Below are positions 25,158 to 34,105 of a stretch of DNA of 38,488 nucleotides, piece after piece. The position numbers were made by a program, and so were the translations under genes. Under the pieces are notes generated by a model. The model saw only the letters and a program-made list of their open reading frames with translations, ran no database searches and was not told the origin of the DNA. The stretch lies in the IMG/VR virus record IMGVR_UViG_3300025896_000011, positions 1-38,488 of that record; one strand, written 5' to 3'. Position 1 is the first letter of the stretch; each line of letters begins with the position of its first letter. Source of the DNA: a virus (lineage: Duplodnaviria > Caudoviricetes).

Positions 25158-25340
25158 ATGACCAATACATTCAATCAAGACAACTACTTCACTATTCAGT
25201 CTCTGATTCTTGAGGAGATGAAAAGAGAGTACGAAGAAGAGGGAAAGCAAAATAGGTATTTCAGAAGACTGGCTAAATTACTCGCCAAAGTCAATGCAAT
25301 ATCTGGGCATGAGAGAGCATTTAAGATAACAAAGTTATGA
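25158..25340 (+). CDS. Hypothetical protein
   Basis: 60 aa ORF packed in the operon. Confidence 0.5.
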   Translation: MTNTFNQDNYFTIQSLILEEMKREYEEEGKQNRYFRRLAKLLAKVNAISGHERAFKITKL

Positions 25341-25597
25341 AAAGAGAGGTAATAAATTTTGAAGATTCTGACCAGGCCCTTGCTATTGGTTACGCAAGTT
25401 TTGAGAGCGCCGCAAGAGCTATCGCAAAACAAATTGGTGATACAGATAAAGAATTTATAAAAGATATTGCATACGAATTAAAGCGGGTTGAAGTGGTGAA
25501 GTTTGGTGACTGGTACTGGTGGGATGGAAGAGAGGAATGTGAACATTGCCATTCAAAACCAGAAAAGAAGTTTGAGGCTTACCTACATAGCTATTAA
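25337..25597 (+). CDS. Hypothetical protein with CxxC
   Basis: 86 aa ORF, CEHC. Confidence 0.55.
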   Translation: MKREVINFEDSDQALAIGYASFESAARAIAKQIGDTDKEFIKDIAYELKRVEVVKFGDWYWWDGREECEHCHSKPEKKFEAYLHSY

Positions 25598-25601
25598 AAA
25601 T

Positions 25602-26366
25602 ATGAAGTGGTTAAAACATCACACCAACGCCAGAAACAACCTAGATTTGAAGGCCATTCTCAGAGAATTTGGGACTGAAGGATATGGCTTTTACTGGATC
25701 TGTTTGGAATTAGTTGGTGAACAAAGCGAAAATTTTCGAATAAAAGCGAAAAAAAACTGGAAAAATGAGTTACAAGATGTGTCAAGAATTGACCAAGAAA
25801 AGATAGAAACTCTTTTGAAGAAATTTGCTGAGACAGGATTAATAGATAAAAAAGCGCTTAGTAGAGGGGATTTATACATCCCAAAGATGGCAAGATACGC
25901 TGACGAATACACAGCGAAACTCCGGAGAGTGTCCGGACAACCTCCTGACAATATCCCCCTAGAAGAGAAGAGAAGAGATAAGAAGAGAAGAGAAGAGAAG
26001 AGACCCGAAGCCTCCGTATCATTTCTGGATAATGTACCCGAACAGACTCTCTCTGAACTTCATGAAAAATATAATGCTTCAAAAGAAGATATTCAAGGAA
26101 AAGCAAATGATTTGAGAAATTATTGCTTGGCGAAAGGGAAGGTCTATAAAAACTACAAAGCATTCTTGGAAAATGCGCTAAAGAAAGATTATGGACTTCT
26201 CACAGAAAAACAAAAACAGGAAAGAGTTAGGCAAGCAGAGTTACAGGTGGCGGTGGCCAATATCCATAGGTCGAAATCTCCTCCCCAGGCGGAGGGGGGA
26301 AAGGATATAAGTCAGGTGCCAGGATACAAGGATTTCAGAAAGAGAATAACTGATAAGAAATTATGA
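25602..26366 (+). CDS. Replication initiator (DUF4373/Lin1244-like N-terminus)
   Basis: MKWLKHHTNARN...FGTEGYGFYWICLE, central EEKRRDKKRREEK linker and C-terminal YKNYKAFLEN. Confidence 0.75.
   Translation: MKWLKHHTNARNNLDLKAILREFGTEGYGFYWICLELVGEQSENFRIKAKKNWKNELQDVSRIDQEKIETLLKKFAETGLIDKKALSRGDLYIPKMARYADEYTAKLRRVSGQPPDNIPLEEKRRDKKRREEKRPEASVSFLDNVPEQTLSELHEKYNASKEDIQGKANDLRNYCLAKGKVYKNYKAFLENALKKDYGLLTEKQKQERVRQAELQVAVANIHRSKSPPQAEGGKDISQVPGYKDFRKRITDKKL
25961..26003 (+). repeat. AGAAG pentamer tandem repeat (candidate origin region)
   Basis: agaagagaagagaagagataagaagagaagagaagagaagaga inside the initiator gene. Confidence 0.7.
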
Positions 26367-26971
26367 AATATTTAGCAATCATTTTGATGGTAGCTCTCAT
26401 CGCTCCAGCAATGGTAGAGGCTAAAGGAAGCTCAAGTCGGAGCAGTGGAAGCAGTTTCAAGTCTTCTAGTAGCTCACGATCAACGAGTTCAGCAAAAAGC
26501 GGATCTTCTGGTGGTACATATACCAAGAAATCCACTCCAGCACCAGCCAAAACCTCCAGCAAGCCTACTGCGGCAACAAAGACAGTTGACGCTCCAGTAA
26601 AAACTACTAGCAGTGGTAAGAAAACAACTGGAAAGGCAAGTGTAGTGGATGACAAATTCAAGCCAAAAATAAAAGGTGGTTACACACCGCCAGCAGGATC
26701 AACAGTTCAGTATGTGCAGAGAAATGCCAGTTTTGTTGACTACCTGCCTTGGCTCTACATTTTTTCTATGAGTCACCGGGAGAATGTAAAAAATCAAGAA
26801 GCAGTGGTGACAGAACCAGATGGAACCGAGAAGACAGTGATTATTGAGGACGAGGGAGTGGACGGATTACTCATTTTTAACTGGATTGTCATGATCCTTT
26901 TGGTAGGTGGGATTGGAGGCGGATTAGTGTGGTGGGTAAATAAACGAACTAATAAAAAAGTGTATGTCTAA
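26363..26971 (+). CDS. Exported Ser/Thr/Lys-rich protein with signal peptide and C-terminal TM anchor
   Basis: MKYLAIILMVALIAPAMVEA|KGSSSRSSGSSF...; C-terminal LLIFNWIVMILLVGGIGGGLVWWV followed by NKR. Confidence 0.75.
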   Translation: MKYLAIILMVALIAPAMVEAKGSSSRSSGSSFKSSSSSRSTSSAKSGSSGGTYTKKSTPAPAKTSSKPTAATKTVDAPVKTTSSGKKTTGKASVVDDKFKPKIKGGYTPPAGSTVQYVQRNASFVDYLPWLYIFSMSHRENVKNQEAVVTEPDGTEKTVIIEDEGVDGLLIFNWIVMILLVGGIGGGLVWWVNKRTNKKVYV

Positions 26972-27533
26972 GACAGCAACAACCCTAGCCATTGTACTCG
27001 GCTTAATAGCCTTCGTAGTATTTTGGTTCATCGGAAACTACAACAGCTTAGTTTCCAGCCGCAACCAAGTAGAGAAGTCATGGAGCATGGTAGAAACACA
27101 GTACCAGCGCCGCCTAGACCTCATTGGAAACTTGGTTGAGAGCGTGAAAGGTGCTCAGAAGCAAGAGCAAGAAGTGTTTGGAAAGATTGCAGAATCTCGA
27201 CAAATGTTCCAAAGCTCTAATGCTACTGACAACCAGAAAGCAGAGGCCGCAAGCAACATTGAAAGCCAGGTAATCGCCTTGCTACCAAGATTGCAAGAAG
27301 CATACCCAGACTTGAAGTCCAACCAGCAAGTTCAAGATTTGATGAATCAACTGCGTGGCACAGAAGATGGGATTTTGAAGGCTCGCGACCAGTACAACAC
27401 GACAGCAAATAACTACAACACGAATATTCAAAGATTCCCAAAGAGTTTGTTTGCTAAGACATTTGGCTTCGAAAAGAAAACTCTCTTCAAAGCTGAATCA
27501 GGTGCAGAAAAAGGAGCCAAAGTACAGTTCTAG
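26964..27533 (+). CDS. lemA: LemA family protein
   Basis: TM, YNSLV, W..VETQYQRRLDLIGNLVESVKG, EAYPDLKSN, R..YN...YN..IQRFP. Confidence 0.95.
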   Translation: MSKTATTLAIVLGLIAFVVFWFIGNYNSLVSSRNQVEKSWSMVETQYQRRLDLIGNLVESVKGAQKQEQEVFGKIAESRQMFQSSNATDNQKAEAASNIESQVIALLPRLQEAYPDLKSNQQVQDLMNQLRGTEDGILKARDQYNTTANNYNTNIQRFPKSLFAKTFGFEKKTLFKAESGAEKGAKVQF

Positions 27534-27535
27534 TT

Positions 27536-27877
27536 ATGAAAGGGATATTTTACAAAATCCCTCTCACCATTGGAGCAGCCTTCTTTCTAGCGGGTTGCTC
27601 CTCCCAGAGCCAGGGTGATTCAACAGAATACTGCGTCAATGACAAAGACGAAGTAGTTGATAGCAAGCTCTGTGATGAGGGGAAGGCATCAAATGGCGGA
27701 GTTATGCCCGTACTATTCCCTTACCACTATTACTACATGGGAGGAATCAACAACCATGCAGTCGGTAGTCACCTAACAGGAGGGTCTCCTAGTGCACCAA
27801 GTACTGGAAAAGTTTCATCTCCGGCAGCACGAGGAGGGTTTGGTAGCTCAGCAGGTTCACACTCAAGCGGATCATAA
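27536..27877 (+). CDS. YgiB/YjfM (DUF1190)-like lipoprotein
   Basis: Lipobox LAGC, two further Cys, aromatic YHYYY patch and C-terminal RGGFGSS..SSGS; directly upstream of the GSP-synthase-like gene. Confidence 0.75.
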   Translation: MKGIFYKIPLTIGAAFFLAGCSSQSQGDSTEYCVNDKDEVVDSKLCDEGKASNGGVMPVLFPYHYYYMGGINNHAVGSHLTGGSPSAPSTGKVSSPAARGGFGSSAGSHSSGS

Positions 27878-27879
27878 GT

Positions 27880-29010
27880 ATGAAAAAGATATCAATTGCA
27901 CCACGAGAAAATTGGGAGAAGAAGGTTGAAGATTTGGGACTGGTTTACAACACTACTCCAGATGGGAGGCCTTACTGGAATGAGTCAGAGTACTACCAGT
28001 TCTCTATGGAAGAAATAGATGAGATTGAAGAGGCTACTAATGAATTGCATGAGATGTGCATGAAAGCGGCAGAGCATGTGATTAAAGAAAACCTTTTTCA
28101 TCAGTTCTGCATTCCAGAGAAATTTGTTCCTTTGATAAAGTGGTCATTTGAAAACGAGCAGGAGACATCAGTGTACGGAAGGTTTGATCTTGCTTACAAG
28201 AACCGGGAAATAAAGATGTTGGAGTACAACGCAGACACGCCAACATCCCTCTTGGAAGCATCGGTCATTCAATGGCTATGGAAAGAAGAAGTTTTTCCAA
28301 AGGCTGATCAGTTCAACTCTATACACGAGAGGCTGGTCAAAAAATGGGATGAAATTCTTACCTTTCCGACACTGTACTTCGTGCACTCATACGAGTCAGC
28401 TCATGAAGATTTCATGAATGTGACTTACATGCGCGACACCGCAGAGGAAGCAGGGACAGTGACAGAAGGTCTGATGATGGATCAAATCGGTTGGCTAGAG
28501 GGGAAATTCGTTGACCTAGAGGACAAAGAGATCAAGAACATCTTCAAGCTTTACCCATGGGAATGGATGGTAGAGGAGGAGTTCGCTGACAACCTCTTGG
28601 AAGCTTACAAAGAGATGAAGTGGATAGAGCCAATTTGGAAGATGCTTCTTTCAAACAAAGCTATTCTTCCGATTCTCTGGGAGCTGTACCCAAATCATAA
28701 GTATCTGCTAGAAGCCAGTTTTGAACCTTTAGCAGGTGATTATGTGAAGAAGCCGAAACTTTCTCGCGAAGGACAGAACATCGTAATCGTAAGAAAAACC
28801 GAGCATGGGGAATTACTCACTATGACCGATGGTTCCTACGATGAAAGTGAAGCTGTCTACCAGAAGTTCATAGATGTTTCAGTAGAAGGAAAAACACCAA
28901 TTCTTGGTAGCTGGGTAGTAGGAGGCGAAGCGGCGGGAATGGGTATCAGGGAATGTGCGGGCTTGGTAACAGATAACACGAGTCAGTTTATACCTCATAT
29001 AATCGTATGA
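27880..29010 (+). CDS. Glutathionylspermidine synthase family ATP-grasp ligase (YgiC/YjfC-like)
   Basis: [63 protein letters not shown] and FIPH. Confidence 0.95.
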   Translation: MKKISIAPRENWEKKVEDLGLVYNTTPDGRPYWNESEYYQFSMEEIDEIEEATNELHEMCMKAAEHVIKENLFHQFCIPEKFVPLIKWSFENEQETSVYGRFDLAYKNREIKMLEYNADTPTSLLEASVIQWLWKEEVFPKADQFNSIHERLVKKWDEILTFPTLYFVHSYESAHEDFMNVTYMRDTAEEAGTVTEGLMMDQIGWLEGKFVDLEDKEIKNIFKLYPWEWMVEEEFADNLLEAYKEMKWIEPIWKMLLSNKAILPILWELYPNHKYLLEASFEPLAGDYVKKPKLSREGQNIVIVRKTEHGELLTMTDGSYDESEAVYQKFIDVSVEGKTPILGSWVVGGEAAGMGIRECAGLVTDNTSQFIPHIIV

Positions 29011-29360
29011 AAAAAATATTCTACAAGTGTACAGATTCAGTGATGGAGCTCATGGCTTATTACTTCGGACTCATTGTAGCCTCCTCTTTTGTCTACGGAT
29101 TCTTTGAGGGAAAAGGTTGGTTTGATTCCATTTGGTGGGCTGTAGTGACTTCTATGACAGTCGGATATGGAGATATGTATCCGGTAACAGTAGGGGGGAG
29201 AATAGTTGCAATGACACTCATGATAGTAATGGCGTTTCTGATACTGCCAATGCTGATCGCTAAAATGATCACCATTCTCAGTCCGGATAGAAATGAGTTC
29301 TCACATGAGGAACAGGAACAGATAAAAAATTTATTAACTAAAATAGCGGAACGAGTATGA
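29007..29360 (+). CDS. Minimal two-TM potassium channel
   Basis: [21 protein letters not shown] (K+ filter TVGYG), TM; 117 aa with no RCK domain. Confidence 0.92.
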   Translation: MKKIFYKCTDSVMELMAYYFGLIVASSFVYGFFEGKGWFDSIWWAVVTSMTVGYGDMYPVTVGGRIVAMTLMIVMAFLILPMLIAKMITILSPDRNEFSHEEQEQIKNLLTKIAERV

Positions 29361-30025
29361 AATTTAAAGAAGGAGACAGAGTAAGGGTTATTAGGAACCT
29401 GAAGGTGGGCAAAATTTACAAGGATTCAGTCAGTGGAAAGACTGACTCAACTACTTCTGAAATGGTAGCATTGGCAGGTCAAATAGTGACCATAGCGAGC
29501 GTCACAGACAAATACCGGATTAAAGAGGAAGGTTGGAATTGGACAGATTCTATGTTCCAGAAGGGTGTAGTTATTAGAGAAAGAAAAAAGAAAATTGTGA
29601 AGAAGACTAGCACAACCTCAAAAAAGAAAAAAGCAGTGAAATTTAAGATAGGAAATAGAGTTCAGAATATTTGTGTTCTGCCAGCAGAAGAACAACCAAA
29701 TAAAGGAAAATTTGGAATCATTAAAGGTATAGACAGCGATGGAACGGTTTATGTCACTTATGAGGATGGCATGAGAGGTTCTAGTTTGACTCCAGAAGAA
29801 GATTACAAAATTGTTGGAGCGAAAGCAGTGAACTTTATTCTGAAATACGACCTTGATGAAGATCCAATCGAAGAGTTTGAGACTATCGAAGAAGTAGAAA
29901 AAAGGATTGACTTTCTCGTAGAGCATGTATCTTCCCTAAAGAAAGACTCGATGGTGATCTACGAAGTTGCAAAAAAATATAAAGTGAATGTTAAAACACT
30001 TATAACCAAAAAAGTTGTCAAGTAA
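29357..30025 (+). CDS. Protein with two KOW/SH3-like repeats
   Basis: [10 protein letters not shown] and KFKIGNRVQ. Confidence 0.6.
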   Translation: MKFKEGDRVRVIRNLKVGKIYKDSVSGKTDSTTSEMVALAGQIVTIASVTDKYRIKEEGWNWTDSMFQKGVVIRERKKKIVKKTSTTSKKKKAVKFKIGNRVQNICVLPAEEQPNKGKFGIIKGIDSDGTVYVTYEDGMRGSSLTPEEDYKIVGAKAVNFILKYDLDEDPIEEFETIEEVEKRIDFLVEHVSSLKKDSMVIYEVAKKYKVNVKTLITKKVVK

Positions 30026-30029
30026 GTCT

Positions 30030-30359
30030 ATGAATAATTCAAGAAAGAAATCAAAGTACAGTAAGAAAATCTGTGAGATGTGCAAAATGGAATACCAACC
30101 AACTGCCGGTCGGCAAAGATTTTGTGGGTCTCGGTTTGTTCCTGGGACTTGCTCTGCTAAACACAACAAAAATTGGTACAAAAGAAATCCTGCGCCAAGC
30201 AGAATTGAAGATCAGAAGAAATTTTTTCCAGTGGATATGTTTCCAGTTCTCGTGAGGACAGAGCAGGTCTACAAAAAGGATGGCTTCATGAAAGGATTTT
30301 GGACTGCTACAGCTATATTTTTGGTTCTCATTATCGCTCTAATTCAAGCAAGTAAATAG
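30030..30359 (+). CDS. Zn-finger protein with C-terminal TM
   Basis: CEMC..YQP...QRFC...C and a hydrophobic C-terminus. Confidence 0.55.
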   Translation: MNNSRKKSKYSKKICEMCKMEYQPTAGRQRFCGSRFVPGTCSAKHNKNWYKRNPAPSRIEDQKKFFPVDMFPVLVRTEQVYKKDGFMKGFWTATAIFLVLIIALIQASK

Positions 30360-30360
30360 G

Positions 30361-30897
30361 ATGAAGAAGTATAAGATTATCTACGCTGATCCACCTTGGA
30401 GTTACAACGACAAAATGATAGGACACCAAGGGGCAGAGACTCATTACCCTACTCAAGGGAAAGATTGGATAGCTAATCTTCTGCGGGGGGGGGCAATACA
30501 GGATAAAGATTGCGTTTTATTCCTATGGGCGACCTCTCCCTTACTTCCAGAAGCTTTAGAGGTAATGAAGGCATGGGGGTTCAAATATGTGACAGTAGCA
30601 TTTTGCTGGAGCAAAAACCACAAAAGCGGTAAGAAAGTGAAAAACCTCGGTAGGTGGACAATGGGAAATGTTGAGCTCTGTTTATTAGGAAGGAAAGGAA
30701 AGCCTCAGAGAATCACAAAAAACATTCAACAGCTAGTAGAAGCGGAAAGAACAACTCACTCAAAAAAGCCAGACGAGGTAAGGAAGAGAATTGTTGAACT
30801 CATGGGCGACCTCCCACGAATAGAGTTATTTGCTAGAGAAAAAAAAGAGGGTTGGGATGTGTGGGGTAATGAGTTAGAAAATGATATTGAACTATGA
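30361..30897 (+). CDS. MT-A70 family N6-adenine methyltransferase
   Basis: IIYADPPWSY, VLFLWAT, WGFKY, HSKKP, RIELFAR and GWDVWGNE. Confidence 0.93.
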   Translation: MKKYKIIYADPPWSYNDKMIGHQGAETHYPTQGKDWIANLLRGGAIQDKDCVLFLWATSPLLPEALEVMKAWGFKYVTVAFCWSKNHKSGKKVKNLGRWTMGNVELCLLGRKGKPQRITKNIQQLVEAERTTHSKKPDEVRKRIVELMGDLPRIELFAREKKEGWDVWGNELENDIEL

Positions 30898-31094
30898 AAA
30901 AAAGAATCGAATACAAGGTAAGAAACATGTTCCCAAATGGAAAAGGATTTGAAGCATCTAAGCATTTCGGAGGCTATGTGATCGGAATACTTGTTGGGGA
31001 TGACATTGAAGATAAAAAGGGATGTACTCCTGATTGCCCAGTGCGAATAGCACACGAACACCCAGAGAATCCAAAGAAAATAACTCGGGATTAA
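30894..31094 (+). CDS. Hypothetical protein
   Basis: 66 aa ORF with ATGA overlap. Confidence 0.5.
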   Translation: MKKRIEYKVRNMFPNGKGFEASKHFGGYVIGILVGDDIEDKKGCTPDCPVRIAHEHPENPKKITRD

Positions 31095-31098
31095 GACT

Positions 31099-31278
31099 AT
31101 GAGTAAAGAAAGAAAAAAACAGTACATTGTCAGAAAATATGTTATGGCAACCTCGCCAACAGATGCTCTCAGGAAAGAGAAACATTGCAGAGCAGAAGAG
31201 GTATGGGTCGATGAGAACTGGCTGAAAGAAAATCCAGAAATAGGACAGAAAATCGGATTTAAGACAAAGGGAAAATAA
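31099..31278 (+). CDS. Hypothetical protein (59 aa, not in ORF track)
   Basis: MSKERKKQYIVRKYVMATSP...VWVDENW...KIGFKTKGK*. Confidence 0.6.
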   Translation: MSKERKKQYIVRKYVMATSPTDALRKEKHCRAEEVWVDENWLKENPEIGQKIGFKTKGK

Positions 31279-31281
31279 AAT

Positions 31282-31434
31282 ATGAAAGATGCCAAGAAAG
31301 ACGAGATTATGCAGAAGCTCTACACGCTACTAGAGGAATATGAGTGGGGAGAGGGAGCCAAGTCTATCAGGGTATCAGTCACTATTGAGACTGAAAAAGA
31401 AAAAGAAATTTACGAAGCGAGTGAGAGAAAATAA
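31282..31434 (+). CDS. Hypothetical protein (50 aa, not in ORF track)
   Basis: MKDAKKDEIMQKLYTLLEEYEWG...ERK*. Confidence 0.55.
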   Translation: MKDAKKDEIMQKLYTLLEEYEWGEGAKSIRVSVTIETEKEKEIYEASERK

Positions 31435-31447
31435 TAATTTTAAAAAT

Positions 31448-31678
31448 ATGCAAGAGAAAAAACTTGATATTGAAAAGAGGGTAAAAAAGCTTGATGCAAT
31501 TTTGGAAGACTATACAAACGATGCTATACAAACAATCGTCAATGGAATTTTTGGAAAAATAAGTCAAGAAGAAAAAAATACTACCATTCTAGACTTGGAT
31601 GCTAAAGCTGTTGTTGCTATGCGAACTGCTTTGACGGGAGCTTATGAAGCTGGCTACAAGAAAGCAAAATCAGAATAA
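31448..31678 (+). CDS. Hypothetical protein
   Basis: MQEKKLD...AYEAGYKKAKSE; ATG at 31448. Confidence 0.55.
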   Translation: MQEKKLDIEKRVKKLDAILEDYTNDAIQTIVNGIFGKISQEEKNTTILDLDAKAVVAMRTALTGAYEAGYKKAKSE

Positions 31679-31682
31679 GAAT

Positions 31683-32828
31683 ATGAAGAAATACATACAT
31701 GCAGAAAATATAGAACCAGAAGCTCTTGAGCAATTCGAAAGCTGTGTCAATCAAGAGTTCGTTATTGAGGGAGCGCTCATGCCGGATACACACACTGGGT
31801 ATGTTGCACCTATTGGATCAGTACTCAGAACCAAAGACGCAGTGGTGCCAGCCTGGGTTGGGTATGACATTGGTTGCGGCATGATTGCTGTGCTTATATC
31901 AGAAGACCAGGAGATCCAAAACAAAATAAAGGATAAGGCTACGGAGATATTTCACCAAGTGAACAGAGATGTTCCAATGGGAGCCGGAGTATTCAACAAG
32001 CGAGAAGAGGATATACAAGTAAGAACAATGTCCTGCATGGGAATAGCAAAGAATGAGCTGGCTTTCAATGTGGAAGAAGACGAGCTTCTGAAGCATGTTC
32101 TGAAAATCACTAACCGAAATCTTGGAACGCTTGGATCAGGAAATCACTTCATAGAGATTCTCACTTACGAGAATGAAACCTGGCTTGTCATTCACAGTGG
32201 CTCTCGCGGAGTAGGTCACTACATCGGGACTCACTTTATGAAGACTGCGTCTGGAAAAGAGAAGGGATTTGAAGAGACGCATGTACTCAAGGGTGAAGAA
32301 GTGAAGAGATACATGGCGTATCAAAACTACTGTCTGGACTTCGCGCTCATGAACCGCATGGACATGGCTATCCGTGTTTCCAATGCGATAGAGAGGATTG
32401 TTGGCTATAAATTTGATGTGGACAAAAACCTCTGGACGAATAAGAACCATAACCACTGCGTATTAGAGCCAGATGGCACCTACATTCATCGCAAAGGAGC
32501 CACTACTTCTAACGAAGGTGAGAGGGGAGTTATCCCGGCAAACATGCGAGATGGTTGCTTCCTTGTTATAGGCAAGGGAAACCCAGAGTTTCTCAACAGC
32601 TCTTCACATGGCGCGGGTCGCCTTATGAGTCGTGGGAAAGCACGAAAGGAGATCACCATGGAGACTTTCAAAGAACAGATGGAAGGCATTGTCGCCCCGG
32701 TAGTTCAGAAGGTGATAGATGAAAGCCCGAATGCCTACAAGAACATCTCCGAGGTAATGGAGAACCAGAAGGAGAGCATTGAGATCGTCAAGCATCTCAA
32801 GCCGATAATCAACTGGAAAGGATTTTAA
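31683..32828 (+). CDS. rtcB: RtcB 3'-phosphate/5'-OH RNA ligase
   Basis: MPDTH, VGYDIGCG, GTLGSGNHF, HSGSRG, NHN, HRKGA, SHGAGR and DESPNAYK are all intact. Confidence 0.96.
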   Translation: MKKYIHAENIEPEALEQFESCVNQEFVIEGALMPDTHTGYVAPIGSVLRTKDAVVPAWVGYDIGCGMIAVLISEDQEIQNKIKDKATEIFHQVNRDVPMGAGVFNKREEDIQVRTMSCMGIAKNELAFNVEEDELLKHVLKITNRNLGTLGSGNHFIEILTYENETWLVIHSGSRGVGHYIGTHFMKTASGKEKGFEETHVLKGEEVKRYMAYQNYCLDFALMNRMDMAIRVSNAIERIVGYKFDVDKNLWTNKNHNHCVLEPDGTYIHRKGATTSNEGERGVIPANMRDGCFLVIGKGNPEFLNSSSHGAGRLMSRGKARKEITMETFKEQMEGIVAPVVQKVIDESPNAYKNISEVMENQKESIEIVKHLKPIINWKGF

Positions 32829-32837
32829 GAGAATATT

Positions 32838-33269
32838 ATGGACGAGAAAATGGAAAAAATGCCACTCCGATCAGAGACAAAAAGGTTGCTGGCAAGAATT
32901 GTGAAAGACTTTGAAAATATCAAATCAAAACATTTTGCAATGGAAAAAAGAGAAGGGCAGTGGAGTAGCGAATTTGATAGCATCATAGGTAGAGTTTGGT
33001 GGAATAACCCGCATCTTGTCTGGATTCTTGTGTCAAGTAAAGAGGAGGACTACGAGGGAAGTCAAACCCAGGTAGGAGTAGACAAAGACGGGAATTTACG
33101 CTGGGAGTACCAGTCTCATTGCTCTTGTAACTCGTATGAAGATACTAGCGACTTACCACCTCATTTTCACGAGGATTCAGTCAAGAGCTTTGATTTCACT
33201 TACACTCTGCCACCAGAAGCGTGGGAGCTCATGATGATAGATAACATGAAGAAATTACTAAAGAAATAA
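32838..33269 (+). CDS. Hypothetical protein
   Basis: 143 aa; YEG and SHCSC motif, recurrent in phage proteins. Confidence 0.6.
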   Translation: MDEKMEKMPLRSETKRLLARIVKDFENIKSKHFAMEKREGQWSSEFDSIIGRVWWNNPHLVWILVSSKEEDYEGSQTQVGVDKDGNLRWEYQSHCSCNSYEDTSDLPPHFHEDSVKSFDFTYTLPPEAWELMMIDNMKKLLKK

Positions 33270-33273
33270 TTTT

Positions 33274-33486
33274 ATGGCATCAACAAGCAGTAGCGACAGA
33301 GGAATTGGTTTTGTAGGACTTCTGACAATAGTTTTCATCTTCCTGAAGCTCAACCCAGGAGGACGATTTACAACTGGAGTAGCAGACTGGTCATGGTGGT
33401 GGGTACTTTCTCCACTGTGGATTTCTTTTGCTATAGGAATCACGATCTTGCTAATAGCAATACCGTTCTTGATCTGGAAGGATTAG
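33274..33486 (+). CDS. Small conserved phage membrane protein
   Basis: GIGFVGLLTIVFIFLKL...WSWWWVLSPLWI. Confidence 0.75.
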   Translation: MASTSSSDRGIGFVGLLTIVFIFLKLNPGGRFTTGVADWSWWWVLSPLWISFAIGITILLIAIPFLIWKD

Positions 33487-33487
33487 T

Positions 33488-34105
33488 ATGAACAGAAAAA
33501 TAAAATTTCGTTCTTACGACAGAGTCTTGAAGAGATGGGCGTACCTTGAGTTAATTGGTCAGAAATTCGTATTTGATGCCCCCACGATACAACCAGGAGA
33601 ACAGTTCTCTACTGGAAATCTAGGTGAGTGGCAAGAGTATATTGGGAAAGAAGATGTTACTGGTCAAGAAATTTATGAAGGAGATCTAGTATGCATCCTC
33701 AACCCTGAGAATTACTACAGAAGAAACGAAGAGGGTGACTTTGAAAGAATTGAAGACAAAGGAACAACTTACCGGATTTACCCAAAGTACGCCATAGAAA
33801 TCAAATGGAGTAAGCCTGACATGAAGTTTGTTTTAGGCGAGAGAAGAAAACGGAGTGAGGAGCATGGTACTTTTGGTCAGAATGGCGGTAGATTGTCTCT
33901 TCGAGGTAAAAAGTATAAGATCGTTGGTAATAATCAAGAAACAGGAGAAGAGAAGTGTCGCAAAGGATGTCCATTGCACAAATACCACTGTGGAAAGTGC
34001 TATAAACCTCTCACTTTCTCACCTGCAAACTACGCATCGAGACCACATGACATTCCAAATCCATGCAAACGCTGTTTTCCCCCACAACAAGGAGTACAAC
34101 TATGA
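33488..34105 (+). CDS. YopX family protein with C-terminal Cys-rich extension
   Basis: RKIKFR, QEYIG..D..G.EIYEGD and IVGN; tail with CGKC and CKRC. Confidence 0.75.
   Translation: MNRKIKFRSYDRVLKRWAYLELIGQKFVFDAPTIQPGEQFSTGNLGEWQEYIGKEDVTGQEIYEGDLVCILNPENYYRRNEEGDFERIEDKGTTYRIYPKYAIEIKWSKPDMKFVLGERRKRSEEHGTFGQNGGRLSLRGKKYKIVGNNQETGEEKCRKGCPLHKYHCGKCYKPLTFSPANYASRPHDIPNPCKRCFPPQQGVQL

Noticed and set aside
30756-31295. 179-aa minus-strand ORF, and other minus-strand ORFs such as 11990-12505 and 3614-4033
   Set aside because: These are antisense shadows of well-packed + strand genes, with F/S/L-rich composition.
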